64,000 bases of DNA from Phallusia mammillata (lineage: Eukaryota), in assembly GCA_965637545.1 (NCBI GenBank), contig OZ281497.1:22382001-22446000 (forward strand), given 5' to 3'. The number at the start of each line of letters is the position of its first letter. Positions within the stretch are counted from its first letter, which is position 1. Of this stretch, positions 61,797-64,000 are shown one piece after another. The notes beneath the pieces were generated by a model. That model saw only the letters and a list, made by a program, of their open reading frames with translations, was not told the origin of the DNA and ran no database searches. A program made the translations under genes and the position numbers.

Positions 61797-61846
61797 GGGG
61801 GAATCCCCGTATTTTGTGGACATTAAAATACTGGGGAAATCCCCCC
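61797..61846. promoter_or_regulatory. Two consensus NF-kB sites upstream of K4
   Basis: GGGAATCCCC (61799-61808) and GGGAAATCCC (61834-61843) both fit GGGRNWYYCC and lie ~440-480 bp 5' of the ATG. Confidence 0.5.
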
Positions 61847-63062
61847 TTGAAATTATCAAAATGTTTGATTTCTATGACTGTTTTTTTTACTTTGGAAATA
61901 AACTACGGTTGTAATACTTGCCTACGCTACAACTGCTTGTTTTACGACTTTAAATTTTCTTCTTAAAATGAAAAAGCAAATTATTGTCACGGTTTCTTTG
62001 GGTCTGTATACATTTAAATGTGTAAATACAAATGTTATTCATAGCAAGCACAAAACAGAGTTTTCAAACACAAAAATGGCATGGATTTTAGAGAATTGTT
62101 GGGTTTGTCTTTGGGGAGGCAAACAATCAAGTAAGCACTACATTGTACTGTTAACATGAGGAAATAGTGGGATGCGGATGGACAAATAGGAAAAGCATGA
62201 AGTTAAACTTTTTCTATGCTCTTTTAACATAATTGTCGCGTCAAGTAATGAAGCTCAGAAAACAAATACTTTATACTCTTCGGGTGTTCAATATTTAGCT
62301 TTAACAGGGCCTGCGCAAAAACAGCTTACTACTAATTGACGAAAAATGCTCAAAAACTTTAATCACGGAAACGTAATTCATGCATGAAGCAAGCAGAGAT
62401 GTTTAAATCGAGTCACCGCAATCGTAAACCTTTGGATTGGACCTCTTTGACATGATGTTCAAGCACAACAGTAATCACTGGACAGGTCTTGCTTAAATCG
62501 TAAACAATAAAAGGCAAAACACTATTTACAACTCAAATTTCATCACATTAGAATGGTTATTTCAGACCTGAGGGCATGTAAATATAAAATCAGTTATACC
62601 CTTCAGGGGAGAGGGTCAAACATATGAAGGACACTTCTGAATTAGGCAGTGAAGACATATACAGTGTGTGGCACTCGGCTCAGTACCCATTTGAAATCAG
62701 TATGCAAATTCTCTTGTTTTATCAACAGTGGTTGCAATTCGTTTCACGGCAATTGGTCTATAAACTATTTATGTCACTGTTATAAAAATATTTTAGTGTA
62801 GTGGTTCCCATCTCGTTTCAGGCCATGCTACCCCCGTTAAATTTACAGTACGTCGTGGACCAATCCTTTTTTAAGTTTTTGAATAAAGTAAACACAAACA
62901 ACAAGTAGTTGAGCTAAATATACAGTGCACTTTAAAACCGATTTTCAAGAAGTGACCAAAATTTAGCAACAGCTATAACAAGTTGACCTTCTTTCAGTCA
63001 TGAGCGCCTTCACGTAAGTTCGAGAGAGGGGAACTCAGGCACTATGGTCAGTAGGTTTAGGT

Positions 63063-63542
63063 CAGGGGTCGCCAACCCGCGACTCTAGAGTCACATGCAG
63101 CTCGTTGATCCTTTTAATGTGGCTCGTTTTTTAAAAATACCTAAAGTTTGTAACATATGATTACGAAATCTGTGACGATTATGCTAACTACAAAACGTTT
63201 AATGTCGTAAAACAAACGTTTTTGCAGTAGCATTTTATTTTTCATTACGGCTTTTTGGCTCCCAGTGTTTCATTTACTATGTGAAACTTGACCCAATGTA
63301 ACATATGTTAATGGCGAGTTTAAGGGTTTCATGTAAAAGCAAAATCGTTTTTTAAATGAAATAAAATATTCTCCTGAGACGGATGTGACACGCTGATTTT
63401 AATCTGCAGTCAATTGAAAAACATTGACGTACGGCTGTAAAACTTCGTCAAAACTGCTTGTTTTACAACCTAAACTTGTCTTCTTAAAATGATTAGTAAA
63501 TAACTCTGAGGCTCTTTCATAGGTAAAGGTTGGCGACTCCTG
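63063..63542. mobile_element. hAT-type MITE inserted in the last coding exon of K5
   Basis: TIRs CAGGGGTCGCCAAC / GTTGGCGACTCCTG, perfect 8-bp TSD GTTTAGGT (63055-63062, 63543-63550). Confidence 0.93.
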
Positions 63543-63704
63543 GTTTAGGTAGTGGCTGTCCCATGGTACAAGATGCAAAATCAGGAAACCCAAGAGTGAG
63601 ACTGGCGCATCGCTCCACAATTCCAGTTTCTGCATTCACCCCAGAAACCCACCGTCGTCGTGCCAAGTCAAAAGTTGCAACTTGGATGGTATCGTTCCCG
63701 TAAA
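63517..63704 (-). CDS. K5: last exon of a further K3-type BTB-Kelch gene (rest lies beyond window end)
   Basis: ag|VYGNDTIQVATFDLARRRWVSGVNAETGIVERCASLTLGFPDFASCTMGQPLPK-PGVANLYL*. Adjacent intron matches K4. Confidence 0.75.
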
Positions 63705-64000
63705 CTAAACAGCAGGCAATGAATGTGTTTGTAATGAAGATTTAAAAACTGGAACACCACCAATATTGGGCTATTTTTTAGTGTTGCCCCCTTTCCTTTA
63801 TACCAGTAGTGGTTTTAACTTTTCTTCAGGCGTCCCATTGTAGCAACCCATACAACTGACGACCCCCTTACAAAAACTTCCAGCGCTTATTTTCATAATA
63901 ACTTTATTGAAGTTTTTAGACGAAAATTAAGGTCTGAGCTTGCTAGTTTATTTGGTTTTCTTAACCACTGACAATTTTACTTTTTTTCATGTTCCTTTAT

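Noticed and set aside
743-63635. Many 60-130 aa ORFs in the track, including those antisense to kinase or Kelch exons (e.g. 743-946, 6096-6401, 43830-44198, 63399-63635)
   Set aside because: Shadow or alternative frames of real exons, or chance ORFs with no recognisable motif.

Overview
AT-rich eukaryotic (metazoan; short GT-AG introns compatible with a tunicate-like invertebrate, taxon not provable from sequence) genomic window with one 200-N gap. It is a rapidly evolving birth-and-death locus made of two interleaved gene families. (1) 1-23.4 kb: RIPK/IRAK-like tyrosine-kinase-like kinases of two subtypes (KinA, KinB), all non-RD (HGD catalytic loop), arranged as a head-to-head KinA/KinB cassette with ~0.6 kb between start codons. 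The cassette recurs three times, the last two copies forming a ~11 kb quasi-palindrome. By manual splicing KinA1, KinA2 and KinB1 are intact and the rest are broken. KinB1 ends in a RHIM-like N/T/I/V-rich tail, and its stop codon is followed by an in-frame exon with a weak death-domain-like trace. (2) 26-64 kb: at least five copies or fragments of a Kelch-like gene with an unusual truncated-BTB + BTB + BACK + ~5 Kelch architecture. One copy (K3, 663 aa by manual splicing) is intact, with an N-terminal basic NLS-like motif, an FG-containing tail and paired NF-kB-like sites upstream. Many hAT-type MITEs with 8-bp TSDs, a tRNA-derived SINE, a CRE-rich inverted repeat pair and segmental duplications are also present. 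All gene models were built by eye from splice signals and paralog comparison. No database search was run, and an immune role is inference.
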